From Candidatus Poribacteria bacterium (GTDB lineage: Bacteria > Poribacteria > WGA-4E > PCPOR2b): a stretch of 64,000 bases of DNA. Shown piece after piece: positions 19,273 through 29,185 of the stretch. The DNA lies in the NCBI GenBank assembly GCA_965218095.1, contig OZ244587.1:2720001-2784000 (forward strand), given 5' to 3'. Below the pieces are notes generated by a model, which made no database searches, was not told the origin of the DNA, and saw nothing but the letters and a program-made list of their open reading frames with translations. Position numbers and translations under genes: made by a program. Each line of letters begins with the position of its first letter. Position 1 is the first letter of the stretch.

Positions 19273-22200
19273 ATGGGATTTTTTAAACGCATATCCACCA
19301 TCTTCAAAACCAATGTGAATGCTGCATCGGATGAAGCGGAAGATTCGGACAAGATGTCGAATCAGATAACGGCTGACATGCAGGAACAACTAGTAACAAC
19401 CAAACAGCAGATCACTACCCATCTCTCACAGGAAGATTCCATTGAGAAGCTAAACTTAACCGAATATTCCTTTAACGTACTCACACACGCAGGTGTTCAG
19501 ACAGTTGGAGAACTCTTAAAACTAGTTGAATCAGGTGAACTCCGAGCCATTCACGGTCTTAGAAGTACATCTATCTTAGAAATAGAAGTTAAGTTGACTC
19601 AGGTGAAAACCCTTGACGATTCTGAGAGTGAAGCAAATACAAATACAACTTCAGACCAGAACGATGTTTCCCTTTCACGAGAAGCGTCCACTGAAGAACA
19701 GAGTTTAACCCAACACACAGACCTTCGGACGGTTAGAGAGGGCGGGCAACAGGTCGAATCAAGCGAACCCCCAACTATTTCTGAGGTTGAAGCGGATACG
19801 GACGCAATACCAGACCAAAATGATATGTATCTTTCACGAGGGGATGCCATTGAGAAATTAAACTTGAGTAGACATTCCTTTAATGTGCTCACACGCATAG
19901 GTATTCGGACGGTTGGAGAGGTCTTACAACTATTTGAATCAGCCAGACTTGAAATGATTCGCCAGGCCTTTGGAAGAAAATTCACTTTAGAAATAAGAAC
20001 TAAGCTGGCTCAAGTGAAAATCCTCGACAATCCCGAAGTTGAGAAGAATACGGACGCAATCCTAGGCCAAGATGATGTGTCTCTTTCGCGAGAAGACTCT
20101 ATTGAGAAATCGAGTTTGACCCAGCACTCCCCCAACCAGCTACACACAGAGAGTCAGACGGCTGGAGAGGGCGCACAACACGTTGAATCAGGCGAAATCC
20201 AAACTAGCTCTGAGGGCACAGCAAATACGGCTCCAGACCAGAATGATGTTCCCCTGTCACAAGAAGATTCTACTAAAAAAATAAGGTTGACTCGAGATGC
20301 CCTTGATCAGCTCAAACAGACAGATGTTCGGACAGTTGGAGAGCTCCTACAATGGGTTGAATCAGGTAAACCACATACTACACCTGATCTTGGACAAAAA
20401 CCTATCTCAGAAATAAAAGGAAGGTCGGCTCAGGCGAAAACCCTCGACGAGTCTGAAACTGAAGCAAATACAACTCCAGATCAGAATGATGTCTCCCTTT
20501 CACAAGAAGATTCCGTTGAGGAACCGAGTTTGACCGAACACCCTGCCAATCCACTCATATACACAGATAGGCAGGCGGTTGGAGAGGCCGCACAACGGGT
20601 CGAATCAGGCGAACTCCCAGCTATCTCTGAGGGTGAAGTGAATATAGACACAATGCTAGACCAAAACGATACCTATCTTTCACGAGGAGATACGATTGAG
20701 AAACTAAGTTTGCCCCAGCGCTGCCTCAACGCACTCAAAGACGCAGATATTTGGATGGTTGGAGAACTCTTAAAACTGGTTGAATTAGGCAGGCTTGGAG
20801 CCATCCGTGGACTTGGACAAAAATCTATCTCAGAAGTAGAAGAGAGGTTGGCTCAAGTGAAAATCTACGATAATTATGCCCATCTCTCGCTGGAAGATCC
20901 CATTGACTGGCTATACTTAACTCCACGTTCCTTCAACACGCTCATGCGTGCAAATATTCAGACAATTGGAGAACTCTTACAGTTGGTTGAATCAAACGGG
21001 CTCAAAATTATCCGTGGACTTGGACAAAAATCTATCTTAGAAATAAAAGAAAAGTTGATTCAAGCAAAAATCCTTAATGATTCTAACGTTGAAGCGAATA
21101 CAGATGCAATTCCATGGGTAGTTGTCAGATGGCAATCAGAATTAGTCAGTAAGCAACTATCAAGAGGGCTGCTTCACGAGGAGGCAATTATTGCAGAAAA
21201 ATTGATAAAAGACTGGCTTGCAGAGATTGAAACGATAGAGAGTAACCGTGTATATAAGGTGTTAGCGGTCATTTTGGGTTCCTCACTCAACATCTGTGAA
21301 GAGATTGAATTCCTCCTCAACCAGATTCCTGGACAGTACCGTATGACTATTTTGCTCTCCACGTATGGTTTTAAACCTAAAACCCTGGCACAAACTGGGG
21401 GTGAACTAGGCATCTCACGTGAAAGAGTGAGGCAGATAGGTAATGAGCTCAAGGACAAAGTGACATCTATCAATGACCTCAAGGGTAGAGCTGCTTTGCT
21501 CAGAATGCAGTCAGCTTTCCTTATCGCCAGAGATTTAGGCCTGGATATTACCTATGAACAGTGGACGCAGCGCATTCGGTCATCAGGACTCGTTGGCGAT
21601 TGGACATCACAGGACTTCGTTGGTGCAGATGCGGTCGAGGTTATGATTGCAATTTGCAACCTGCTGGCAGATTGTAAAATTCGTTGGCTACAAATGCCTG
21701 AGAATTTACAGTATGCTGTACAACTTGCAACTGCAGGTAAGCCAAATGTCCGGGCTAAGATTCCACATGCGCGTGATACTCTATCTGATGAAGTCAAAAG
21801 ACTCATCAACCGACACACAAAGTTTTCCGGAGGCGTACACGCCAAGTGGCTTTCAGAAGAAAGCGAAAGAGAATTAGAAGAGATAAAAGACATATTGCAG
21901 GGGCTAGAATACAGAATGCTTTCCAAAGACTGGTTTGCCCCTCACCAAATCTCATATGGTGACGTTTTCCATCGTTGCCTGCGTCAGATGTTTCAGTACT
22001 GCGGGCAATTAGGTATTGATGACATCTGTGCTGGTATTAGACATGGGGTATCAAGGTCAGGATTCTCTGAACCAGAATACCTAGTAAGCAAGGATATTAT
22101 CCGATCGAGGTCAGTATTCCCTGTGCCTCCTCCTGATGTGATGGCTGAGATACTTCGGATTGACGGCTATCAGTGTGACGATGAATTGTACTATTGGGAT

Positions 22201-22761
22201 GGTGCCTACGACGAGAATCTAAGTAAAGGCGAGACCATCATAATGAATTGTTTAGAGCAAATCGGACCGGTGTTGCATCATTCGGAATTAGTCCACACCT
22301 TCATAGAAAGCGATCTGTCTTTTCCCTCATTGCATGCGACCCTGCAGCGCTCTCCTTTGTTCGATAAGATAGAGTCAGGTTTATACAAACTGCGCGGGGG
22401 AGAAGTAACCTACCAAGATATAGAACGTGCCAAAGCCGCTGGAGAACCGCAATCACTTTGTCCGGAAGTGGAGTACGATACAAACGGAAACATCATCGTG
22501 AGTGTCACCCTCAGCGCAATTGCTGTGGGCTCAGGCACAATTTCTTGCGAACGATTTCCAGATCTAAGCGGTGCAGATTGGGAGTGCTACGTCGGTAGTG
22601 AGAGGGCAGGTGAACTAAATGCAGTTGAGAATGAGTTTCGACACTTGAAAAAGCCTTTTGAATTATTAAACTGTCAGCCGGGGGAGCGTCTGAAGTTTAC
22701 ATTCAACACATGGGAAAGAACGGTTACAATAGAAAAGGAGGGGCTGGATGCAAAAGGTTGA
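19273..22761 (+). CDS. PspA-like N-terminal helix + 8 RNAP alpha-CTD-like repeats + sigma70 region-4 HTH + C-terminal DNA-binding-like domains
   Basis: MGFFKRISTIFKTNVNAA..AEDSDKM.NQI..DMQEQL (PspA-like); repeats such as IDWLYLTPRSFNTLMRANIQTIGELL..IRGLGQKSILEI (alpha-CTD/HhH); KTLAQTGGELGISRERVRQI (sigma4). Confidence 0.85.
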   Translation: MGFFKRISTIFKTNVNAASDEAEDSDKMSNQITADMQEQLVTTKQQITTHLSQEDSIEKLNLTEYSFNVLTHAGVQTVGELLKLVESGELRAIHGLRSTSILEIEVKLTQVKTLDDSESEANTNTTSDQNDVSLSREASTEEQSLTQHTDLRTVREGGQQVESSEPPTISEVEADTDAIPDQNDMYLSRGDAIEKLNLSRHSFNVLTRIGIRTVGEVLQLFESARLEMIRQAFGRKFTLEIRTKLAQVKILDNPEVEKNTDAILGQDDVSLSREDSIEKSSLTQHSPNQLHTESQTAGEGAQHVESGEIQTSSEGTANTAPDQNDVPLSQEDSTKKIRLTRDALDQLKQTDVRTVGELLQWVESGKPHTTPDLGQKPISEIKGRSAQAKTLDESETEANTTPDQNDVSLSQEDSVEEPSLTEHPANPLIYTDRQAVGEAAQRVESGELPAISEGEVNIDTMLDQNDTYLSRGDTIEKLSLPQRCLNALKDADIWMVGELLKLVELGRLGAIRGLGQKSISEVEERLAQVKIYDNYAHLSLEDPIDWLYLTPRSFNTLMRANIQTIGELLQLVESNGLKIIRGLGQKSILEIKEKLIQAKILNDSNVEANTDAIPWVVVRWQSELVSKQLSRGLLHEEAIIAEKLIKDWLAEIETIESNRVYKVLAVILGSSLNICEEIEFLLNQIPGQYRMTILLSTYGFKPKTLAQTGGELGISRERVRQIGNELKDKVTSINDLKGRAALLRMQSAFLIARDLGLDITYEQWTQRIRSSGLVGDWTSQDFVGADAVEVMIAICNLLADCKIRWLQMPENLQYAVQLATAGKPNVRAKIPHARDTLSDEVKRLINRHTKFSGGVHAKWLSEESERELEEIKDILQGLEYRMLSKDWFAPHQISYGDVFHRCLRQMFQYCGQLGIDDICAGIRHGVSRSGFSEPEYLVSKDIIRSRSVFPVPPPDVMAEILRIDGYQCDDELYYWDGAYDENLSKGETIIMNCLEQIGPVLHHSELVHTFIESDLSFPSLHATLQRSPLFDKIESGLYKLRGGEVTYQDIERAKAAGEPQSLCPEVEYDTNGNIIVSVTLSAIAVGSGTISCERFPDLSGADWECYVGSERAGELNAVENEFRHLKKPFELLNCQPGERLKFTFNTWERTVTIEKEGLDAKG

Positions 22762-23350
22762 GTTTTCAAAACCAGAACTCGTGACGATAGCGGTAGCACT
22801 CTTAGGCGGAGACACAATGCATGTCGATCGTGAAGATGTCGCCCTCAAGGTGAACGATATTGCACCGGGGCGTTTTAACTGGCGCAAATATCCTGAACGA
22901 ATTGACCTAGATGCTGTTGGTGGTACGCTCCGCACAGCGAAGAAACCCCAAAACGGAGGATTGGTAGTCGGGAACAATACAAAAGGCTGGATGCTCAGTC
23001 CCGCAGGTTTGAAGTGGGTAAAAACTGTCGACCTCGGTGCCGTTGACGATGAACTTCCAGTTAAACACAGGAAAGCTTCTATCTCTGCAAATCAGGAGTT
23101 AGAACGCAACCGTTTGTTCAATACAAAAGCGTATAACCTATTTGTTGAAGGCAAATCTAAAGAGATCTCCGTACAAGATTTCTACGAGTTTGCACGAGTG
23201 AACGAATATTTTCAAATCAAAACCAGACAGCGGAGATACGCAATCATAGCGAATGCGGTAAGCGATGATGATACCTTATCAAAATTGTGGGATTTGCTTC
23301 AAACGAAATTTTCAGAGGAGATGAATAATGGCGAGACAACGCTCCATTGA
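22748..23350 (+). CDS. Winged-helix domain protein
   Basis: Helix-helix-recognition helix-wing pattern ending GWMLSPAGLKWV; overlaps both neighbours. Confidence 0.65.
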   Translation: MQKVEFSKPELVTIAVALLGGDTMHVDREDVALKVNDIAPGRFNWRKYPERIDLDAVGGTLRTAKKPQNGGLVVGNNTKGWMLSPAGLKWVKTVDLGAVDDELPVKHRKASISANQELERNRLFNTKAYNLFVEGKSKEISVQDFYEFARVNEYFQIKTRQRRYAIIANAVSDDDTLSKLWDLLQTKFSEEMNNGETTLH

Positions 23351-24848
23351 GGTTACCTCGCATGTAGCTAGGGACTTCCTTCAGAACGCTGCGTATTTTA
23401 ATACCATGTCCAAAGTGGTTTGGGAATACGTTGCCAACTCTCTAGACGCTGTCAAAGATGACAACCTAACAATCATTGCGGTTGAGATAACAAGTCACGA
23501 AGTCAGCATATCTGACAATAGTCGTGGCATGTCCAGAAAAGAACTAAGCAGCTTTTTTCAGATGCACGGAGAGAATATCCTTAGAAAGCAGGGAAAGAGA
23601 GTCCGAGGACGATTTGGTACAGGCAAATGTGCCGCTTTTGGTTTGGCAAATTCCCTTCGGATTGACACAACTCAGGCAGGCTTGAGAAACGTCGTTGAAC
23701 TGCACAGGAAAGACATTGAAAAAGCACGAAGTGGCAAACCATTTTCGGTTCGGAATATCGAGGAAAATCAGCTAACAGATGGAGACGATGGGACAATGAT
23801 TGTCATTCGTGAACTCAACATAAAACGTCCGGACGTTGATAAGGTGATTTCATACGTTGAACGCCATCTCAGTCGCTACCGCACCCGTGCCCATGTTACT
23901 GTAAACGGGCATGTCTGCAAGTTTAAAGAACCACCGTTTATAGCGCAATTTGAACGTCTTCCGCCAATAGGAGTTGCCAAACACGTTGGTGAAGTATCCC
24001 TGAATGTGAAGGTGTCTCCTGTACCATTAGATGATGATACCCAAGGGATTGATATTTTATCACATGGTATCTGGCATGAAACGACGCTTGCAGGAATTGA
24101 GAGAAAAGAGAACGCGAATCAAATTTTTGGGCAGATCGATGTACCGATCTTGGAGGATGGTGCATGGCCAATTCCGGCTTTTGACAACACGAGAAATAAC
24201 ACGCTGAACCGACAAAATCCCGTAGTTGTGGTACTGCTGGGTTGGCTTTCAAAGGAGCTTGAAGAAATAAGATCAGAACTTGTGAGACAAGCTCGTGAAA
24301 AGCGTCGATCAGCAATAGAAGCGAAGCTCGCGAAAGAGGCTGATAGGATCTCGGACATTCTCAACCGAGACTTCGCGCAACAAGAGATGGAACTTGAAAT
24401 GACTCAAAGGGTTAAGCGTTCCAGGAGTAGAAGTGTGCCGGGAAATACACCGAAACCGAAACTAGCTGTATCGCCAGGAAACAAACCCAAGCCGAGAAAG
24501 AATCCAAGCGGAGAAAACGAAAAACGAGGAAAAGCAGTTTTCTCGATTGAATTTGAGCGTTTCACTGCCGAGCAAAATCGATCAAGGTACGCCGGTGAAA
24601 CGAAGACGATTTTTATAAACTTAGACCACCCCCAGATCGCTAGTGCATTTGAAACTGGAGGAAATTCTACCGATTCACGAGAGTTTCGAGAGGTTTGCTA
24701 TGAAGTTGCAGCGGTTGAATATGCGATTGCTTTACCGTATGAGAAACTTGAGAAGGACGAGTTATATCCCGCAGAAGACGCGCTGTTTGATGTAAAGGAA
24801 ACCATCGATCGGGTAACTAAGCGATTTATGCAAGTCCTTATAACTTAA
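23328..24848 (+). CDS. MORC/MutL-like GHKL ATPase
   Basis: Bergerat motifs [27 protein letters not shown]; S5-like second domain; coiled coil; C-terminal IFINLDHP. Confidence 0.88.
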   Translation: MARQRSIEVTSHVARDFLQNAAYFNTMSKVVWEYVANSLDAVKDDNLTIIAVEITSHEVSISDNSRGMSRKELSSFFQMHGENILRKQGKRVRGRFGTGKCAAFGLANSLRIDTTQAGLRNVVELHRKDIEKARSGKPFSVRNIEENQLTDGDDGTMIVIRELNIKRPDVDKVISYVERHLSRYRTRAHVTVNGHVCKFKEPPFIAQFERLPPIGVAKHVGEVSLNVKVSPVPLDDDTQGIDILSHGIWHETTLAGIERKENANQIFGQIDVPILEDGAWPIPAFDNTRNNTLNRQNPVVVVLLGWLSKELEEIRSELVRQAREKRRSAIEAKLAKEADRISDILNRDFAQQEMELEMTQRVKRSRSRSVPGNTPKPKLAVSPGNKPKPRKNPSGENEKRGKAVFSIEFERFTAEQNRSRYAGETKTIFINLDHPQIASAFETGGNSTDSREFREVCYEVAAVEYAIALPYEKLEKDELYPAEDALFDVKETIDRVTKRFMQVLIT

Positions 24849-24978
24849 GGTCTGCTTTTTAGATTCAGCCAGGGTTGAGGAACATCGCGACTTCCAAATT
24901 CTTTGGCATCTCCTGATTTGTATGTTGGATGGTGGCTGGACTGGGATTGGCGTTACGGCGTTTGCGTCTCCTACGACT

Positions 24979-25026
24979 GCCGAACCAGCCGTTGCAGTTG
25001 ACGGCGGGGTCTGTAGTTTTAATAAT
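24979..25026 (+). mobile_element. Half attC site (R''/L'' side) fused to intI
   Basis: GCCGAACCAGCCGTTGCAGTTGACGGC...CTGTAGTTTTAATAATG matches the first third of attC2 read on the minus strand. Confidence 0.65.
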
Positions 25027-25254
25027 GAGAGCACTTTGCAAAGAGCGGTTAAAAAAGCAGCGCAGCTGACATCCATCCATAAGTCCGTGAATTGCCACAC
25101 CTTTCGCCACAGTTTTGCAACGCATCTGCTCGAAGATGGATACGATATCCACACCGTTCAGGAACTGCTCGGTCACAAGGATGTGAATACCACGATGATC
25201 TATACCCACGTCCTCAACCGCGGTGGGTTAGCCGTGCGGAGTCCGCTCGATTAG
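25024..25254 (+). pseudogene. intI: Integron integrase, C-terminal fragment
   Basis: ESTLQRAVK...[53 protein letters not shown], a typical IntI tail; the N-terminal three quarters are missing. Confidence 0.9.
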
Positions 25255-25317
25255 TCTGACTTCGAGAAATTACTTTGGGTAAGCCAGACCTTGCTTGCCA
25301 AGGAGAGGGACAGATCC

Positions 25318-28146
25318 ATGCGACGCTGGATAAAACTCCTATTTCTCGGTTTCCTCACTCTGCTGATTAACAGTGCTTACCTGATCAGCTTTGGGGTGCC
25401 AACGATATTTTACATTTCGAACGTGCTGATTCACGTTGTCCTCGGGGTTGTCTTGGTCATCCCGTTTATTGGCTATGTCCGCAAACATTTCGCCGGCATG
25501 TCGATTGTTGGCAGAGGCGGGATGGTTTGTCTGGGAATCGGGGCGATTTCGGGGGTATACTTGATGATTGTCGGCGCTACAACGCCCAATCGTTGGCTGC
25601 TTGTAATCCATATCATTACTGTGATACTTGGCACGATTCTATTTGTCGGACACCTATTCATCCTCGCAAGACAACCCCACGCTTCAGATCAGTTACAAAA
25701 GGGGGCGAAGGTTGCCAGGATTGTTCTCCTCATCGGTCTGCTGTTTCCCGTTGGCGCAAAGATGATTCAGCATTATCGACCAAACCCAGACTATCTTGTG
25801 AACAATCCGCCCTCCCCGCCGACCAGCATGTATGAGGAAGGCGGTGGTACCGATGGTCCTTTCTTCCCTGCCTCCGTCGAAACCTATTCCGGTGATCTGA
25901 TTCCCACCGATTTCTTCTTGACCTCTCAAACCTGCGCCGCAAGTGGCTGCCACCCGGACATCTATAAGCAGTGGAACGAATCGGCGCATCACTTCGCTTC
26001 CTTCAACAATCAGTGGTATCGGAAATCGATTATATATATGCAGGATGTCAATGGGATTCAACCGTCCAAATGGTGTGGCGGGTGTCACGATCCAGCCATC
26101 TTGCTCAACGGCATGATGGATCGACCGATTCGGGAGAATTTGCATACGCCCGCCGCGCAAGCCGGGCTCGCGTGTACAGCCTGTCACTCGATTGAAAGGG
26201 TCAAAGACACGATGGGCAACAACAGCTACGTGATTAAATATCCGCCTCTCCATGAAATCGCTGCCAGCGAAAATCCGATCATCCGCAAACTCCATAACTA
26301 CCTCATTCGCCTAGATCCAGAGCCGCATAAAAAGAGTTTCCTAAAGCCCTTCCATCGTCAGAACACAGCGGAATTTTGCTCAACCTGCCACAAAGTGCAT
26401 CTCGATGTGCCGGTCAACAATTTCCGCTGGTTTCGCGGCTTTGACGACTATGATCAGTGGCAATCCAGCGGCGTCTCCCATCAGGGGGCGTTGTCTTTCT
26501 ACTACCCTGAAAAGCACAAGAAGTGCACGGACTGCCACATGCCGCTTGTTCCATCGAAGGACGCAGGGAAAATTGATGGGAAAGTCCACAGCCATCGTTT
26601 CCCTGCGGCGAATACGGCGCTGCCCTTTGTCAACAAACATGACGAACAACTCAAGGTTGTCACTGAGTTTCTCCAGGATAATCAGGTGAGTGTGGATATT
26701 TTCGCACTGAGTCCTGCGACGCCGATGCAGCATATCGGCGGATCGCGTGCCGGCCGCCCCCGCGCCTTTAGTATGGTGGGTGAAGGAAGTCATGTGCGGC
26801 ATGCTGCCGGCACCGTGACAGACATAACGAAGATCGTTGCGCCCATCAATGGTTCCAATGCAACCGTCCGGCGCGGCGAGGAGGTTCGGGTTGATGTCGT
26901 CGTCCGCACAAGAGGCGTGGGACACCAATTCCCCGCCGGAACAATTGATGCCTTCGATATCTGGTTGGAGTTGAAGGCGACGGATGAAAACGGTAGGGTC
27001 ATCTTCTGGAGCGGGATGATTGAGGCGGAAGATGAGAATGGGCCTGTTGACGAGGGAGCGCATTTTTATCGGGCTTACATGCTGGATGAACACGGCAATC
27101 TTATCAATAAACGCAACGCCTGGGCGACGCGGACTATCCTCTATGCGAACACCATTCCCCCCGGCGCTGCGGATACCGTTCACTATCGACTTTTCATTCC
27201 TCCGGATTGTGGGGATAGCATCCATCTGCACGCAAAATTGAACTACCGCAAGTTCAACTGGTGGCACACACAGTGGGCTTATGCGGGGGTTCGCGATCCG
27301 GATGACACCGATTTTCAGGTCGATAAAGGCTACGACAATGGACGCTGGGTCTTTACCGGAGACACATCGGATGTCGCCGGACAGATTAAAGGCATTCCCA
27401 ATCTACCAATCGTCCCCATGGCGGAGGATAAAGCGGCGTTGCGGGTGATTGACGCTGATGCCGCCCTTCGGGAAGTCGAAATCACTCCTAGAGGGAACAA
27501 CCGTGAGCGTTGGAATGACTACGGCATAGGGCTGCTGCTGCAAGGCGATCTCAAAGGCGCGGAAGCCGTGTTCACCAAAGTCACGGAGATCGATTCGGAC
27601 TACATGGACGGATGGGTGAACGTTGCGCGATGTCGCATTCAAGAAGGCGATATGAAAGGGGCGGCAGAGATGCTTGAAAAAGCCTTCGCGCTCCAGAAGC
27701 GTTTACCCCCTGACAATCCCCATCGAGCGAAGGTACACTACTTCTACGCGCTGGTCCAAAAGGCGTACGGAAAATATGATGAGGCGCTCGATCAATTACG
27801 GTCGGCTGCCGCACAATTCCCGCGAGATCGAAGGGTTCGTAATGAAATTGGTCGTCTACTGTACCTCCAGCGGAAGTACGAACAAGCCCTTGCAGAATTC
27901 CAAAAAACACTGGAGGTCGATCCGGAAGACCTGGATGCCCACTACAACATGATGCTCTGTTATCGTGCGCTCAAAAATGAAGTGATGGCGGCTAAAGAGC
28001 AGAAACTGTATACGCGGTTTAAGGCAGATGAATCCGTTGACGCCATCACCGGCATCACCCGTCGCGCCGACCCACACGCGAACCTTGAGCGTCAGCGCAT
28101 CCATGAGCACACTTCGGCGTTGGATACGTCGAAGGCGATTTACTAA
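25318..28146 (+). CDS. Membrane-anchored multiheme c-type cytochrome with C-terminal TPRs
   Basis: About 5 N-terminal TM helices; CAASGCH, CGGCH, CTACH, CSTCH, CTDCH; TPR repeats. Confidence 0.85.
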   Translation: MRRWIKLLFLGFLTLLINSAYLISFGVPTIFYISNVLIHVVLGVVLVIPFIGYVRKHFAGMSIVGRGGMVCLGIGAISGVYLMIVGATTPNRWLLVIHIITVILGTILFVGHLFILARQPHASDQLQKGAKVARIVLLIGLLFPVGAKMIQHYRPNPDYLVNNPPSPPTSMYEEGGGTDGPFFPASVETYSGDLIPTDFFLTSQTCAASGCHPDIYKQWNESAHHFASFNNQWYRKSIIYMQDVNGIQPSKWCGGCHDPAILLNGMMDRPIRENLHTPAAQAGLACTACHSIERVKDTMGNNSYVIKYPPLHEIAASENPIIRKLHNYLIRLDPEPHKKSFLKPFHRQNTAEFCSTCHKVHLDVPVNNFRWFRGFDDYDQWQSSGVSHQGALSFYYPEKHKKCTDCHMPLVPSKDAGKIDGKVHSHRFPAANTALPFVNKHDEQLKVVTEFLQDNQVSVDIFALSPATPMQHIGGSRAGRPRAFSMVGEGSHVRHAAGTVTDITKIVAPINGSNATVRRGEEVRVDVVVRTRGVGHQFPAGTIDAFDIWLELKATDENGRVIFWSGMIEAEDENGPVDEGAHFYRAYMLDEHGNLINKRNAWATRTILYANTIPPGAADTVHYRLFIPPDCGDSIHLHAKLNYRKFNWWHTQWAYAGVRDPDDTDFQVDKGYDNGRWVFTGDTSDVAGQIKGIPNLPIVPMAEDKAALRVIDADAALREVEITPRGNNRERWNDYGIGLLLQGDLKGAEAVFTKVTEIDSDYMDGWVNVARCRIQEGDMKGAAEMLEKAFALQKRLPPDNPHRAKVHYFYALVQKAYGKYDEALDQLRSAAAQFPRDRRVRNEIGRLLYLQRKYEQALAEFQKTLEVDPEDLDAHYNMMLCYRALKNEVMAAKEQKLYTRFKADESVDAITGITRRADPHANLERQRIHEHTSALDTSKAIY

Positions 28147-28183
28147 GTTTCAAATTTACCCAAACAAAGGAGGCGAACGAATT

Positions 28184-29011
28184 ATGGCTTACACACTTGA
28201 AGACGAATTTGGAGACATCATCGGCAAAGCGAGACGTGGGCAGGGCTTGAGCGTGGGGCAGGTTGCAAGCAAAACGGGGCTTACCGACGCGCAAATCTCG
28301 CAGATGGAAAGCTATACGCTGAAACCGACAGAAGAACAAGTCCACAAAATCGCGGGGGCGCTTAATCTCGATGGCTCGAAATTGGCTGACATTGCGATGG
28401 AACGCTGGACGCCTGAACCGGTCCAGCCAGGGTATGACGATACATTGGAGGTGGTCACAATCACCGCGGATGTGGGCGGGTGGCCCGTTCACGCTTACCT
28501 GTTGGTTTGCAAAGAGACCAATGAGGCCGCTATCATCGATACCGCCGCGCATCCAGATGATGTCCTCCAAAAGGTGAAAGAGACCGGGGTCAAACCGACG
28601 GCAATCCTCTTGACACACGCACACGGCGATCATGCGAACGGTTTGTCGGAGATCGAAAGGGCGACGGGCTGTCCGACATACATCCACGCGAAAGAGCCAC
28701 AGCCGCGCAGCACCCAACAACTTCGACTGCTCAATCATGGGGATGAAATGGAGGTTGGTAAGTTCACGGTGAAAACGCTCGACACGCCGGGACATACGCC
28801 CGGCGGTTGCAGTTTCCATACCCGTTCCACCGTAATCGTCGGTGACGCACTGTTCGCAGGCTCAGTGGGGGGTGCGAACATTTCGTACACCGATCTGCTT
28901 TCAGGAGTTCGGAATCATCTGCTTTCGCTCCCGGACGATGTTAAGCTCTTTCCCGGTCACGGTCCTGCCACGACGGTCGGCGAAGAAAAAACGCACAATC
29001 CTTTCTTTTAA
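28184..29011 (+). CDS. XRE-type HTH fused to a glyoxalase II-like MBL-fold hydrolase
   Basis: SD AGGAGG; HTH GLSVGQVASKTGL..QISQME; THAHGDH, GHTPG, GDALF, PGHG. Confidence 0.9.
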   Translation: MAYTLEDEFGDIIGKARRGQGLSVGQVASKTGLTDAQISQMESYTLKPTEEQVHKIAGALNLDGSKLADIAMERWTPEPVQPGYDDTLEVVTITADVGGWPVHAYLLVCKETNEAAIIDTAAHPDDVLQKVKETGVKPTAILLTHAHGDHANGLSEIERATGCPTYIHAKEPQPRSTQQLRLLNHGDEMEVGKFTVKTLDTPGHTPGGCSFHTRSTVIVGDALFAGSVGGANISYTDLLSGVRNHLLSLPDDVKLFPGHGPATTVGEEKTHNPFF

Positions 29012-29016
29012 TGCTA

Positions 29017-29050
29017 AACCTTGCGAAGGTTTCAAACCTTCGCAAGGCTT
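29017..29050. repeat. REP-like nested palindrome
   Basis: AAACCTTGCGAAGGTTTCAAACCTTCGCAAGG; a related half-site AAACCTTCCGAAGGTT near 38741. Confidence 0.5.
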
Positions 29051-29185
29051 GAGTCCATCAATTCAAAGTTGACAGACTACGAGACTGTACGGACCTACAA
29101 GTAGAACCCCTGGTCGCATTCTCAGGCATGGCCAGGGGTTCTGTTTATAGTCAGGCACAAGAGCACCTGCTGGGAAGATGTAAAA

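Noticed and set aside
19273-22761. True rpoA, sigma factor or pspA gene
   Set aside because: No alpha-NTD, no sigma region 2, and only ~47 aa of PspA-like sequence
18794-24985. The whole three-gene operon as a single integron cassette
   Set aside because: R' flank GTTAGGAGGC and R'' flank GACTGCCGAAC are poorly complementary, and unrelated ORF fragments intervene at both ends; the operon may have inserted into the array
24922-25254. 110-aa ORF as an intact integrase
   Set aside because: Its N-terminus is translated cassette tail and attC; the box I catalytic Arg region is absent
26380-28819. Long antisense ORFs (e.g. 26380-27267, 28055-28819; likewise 43716-44477, 56156-56911)
   Set aside because: Shadows of well-supported genes on the opposite strand, with no motifs of their own
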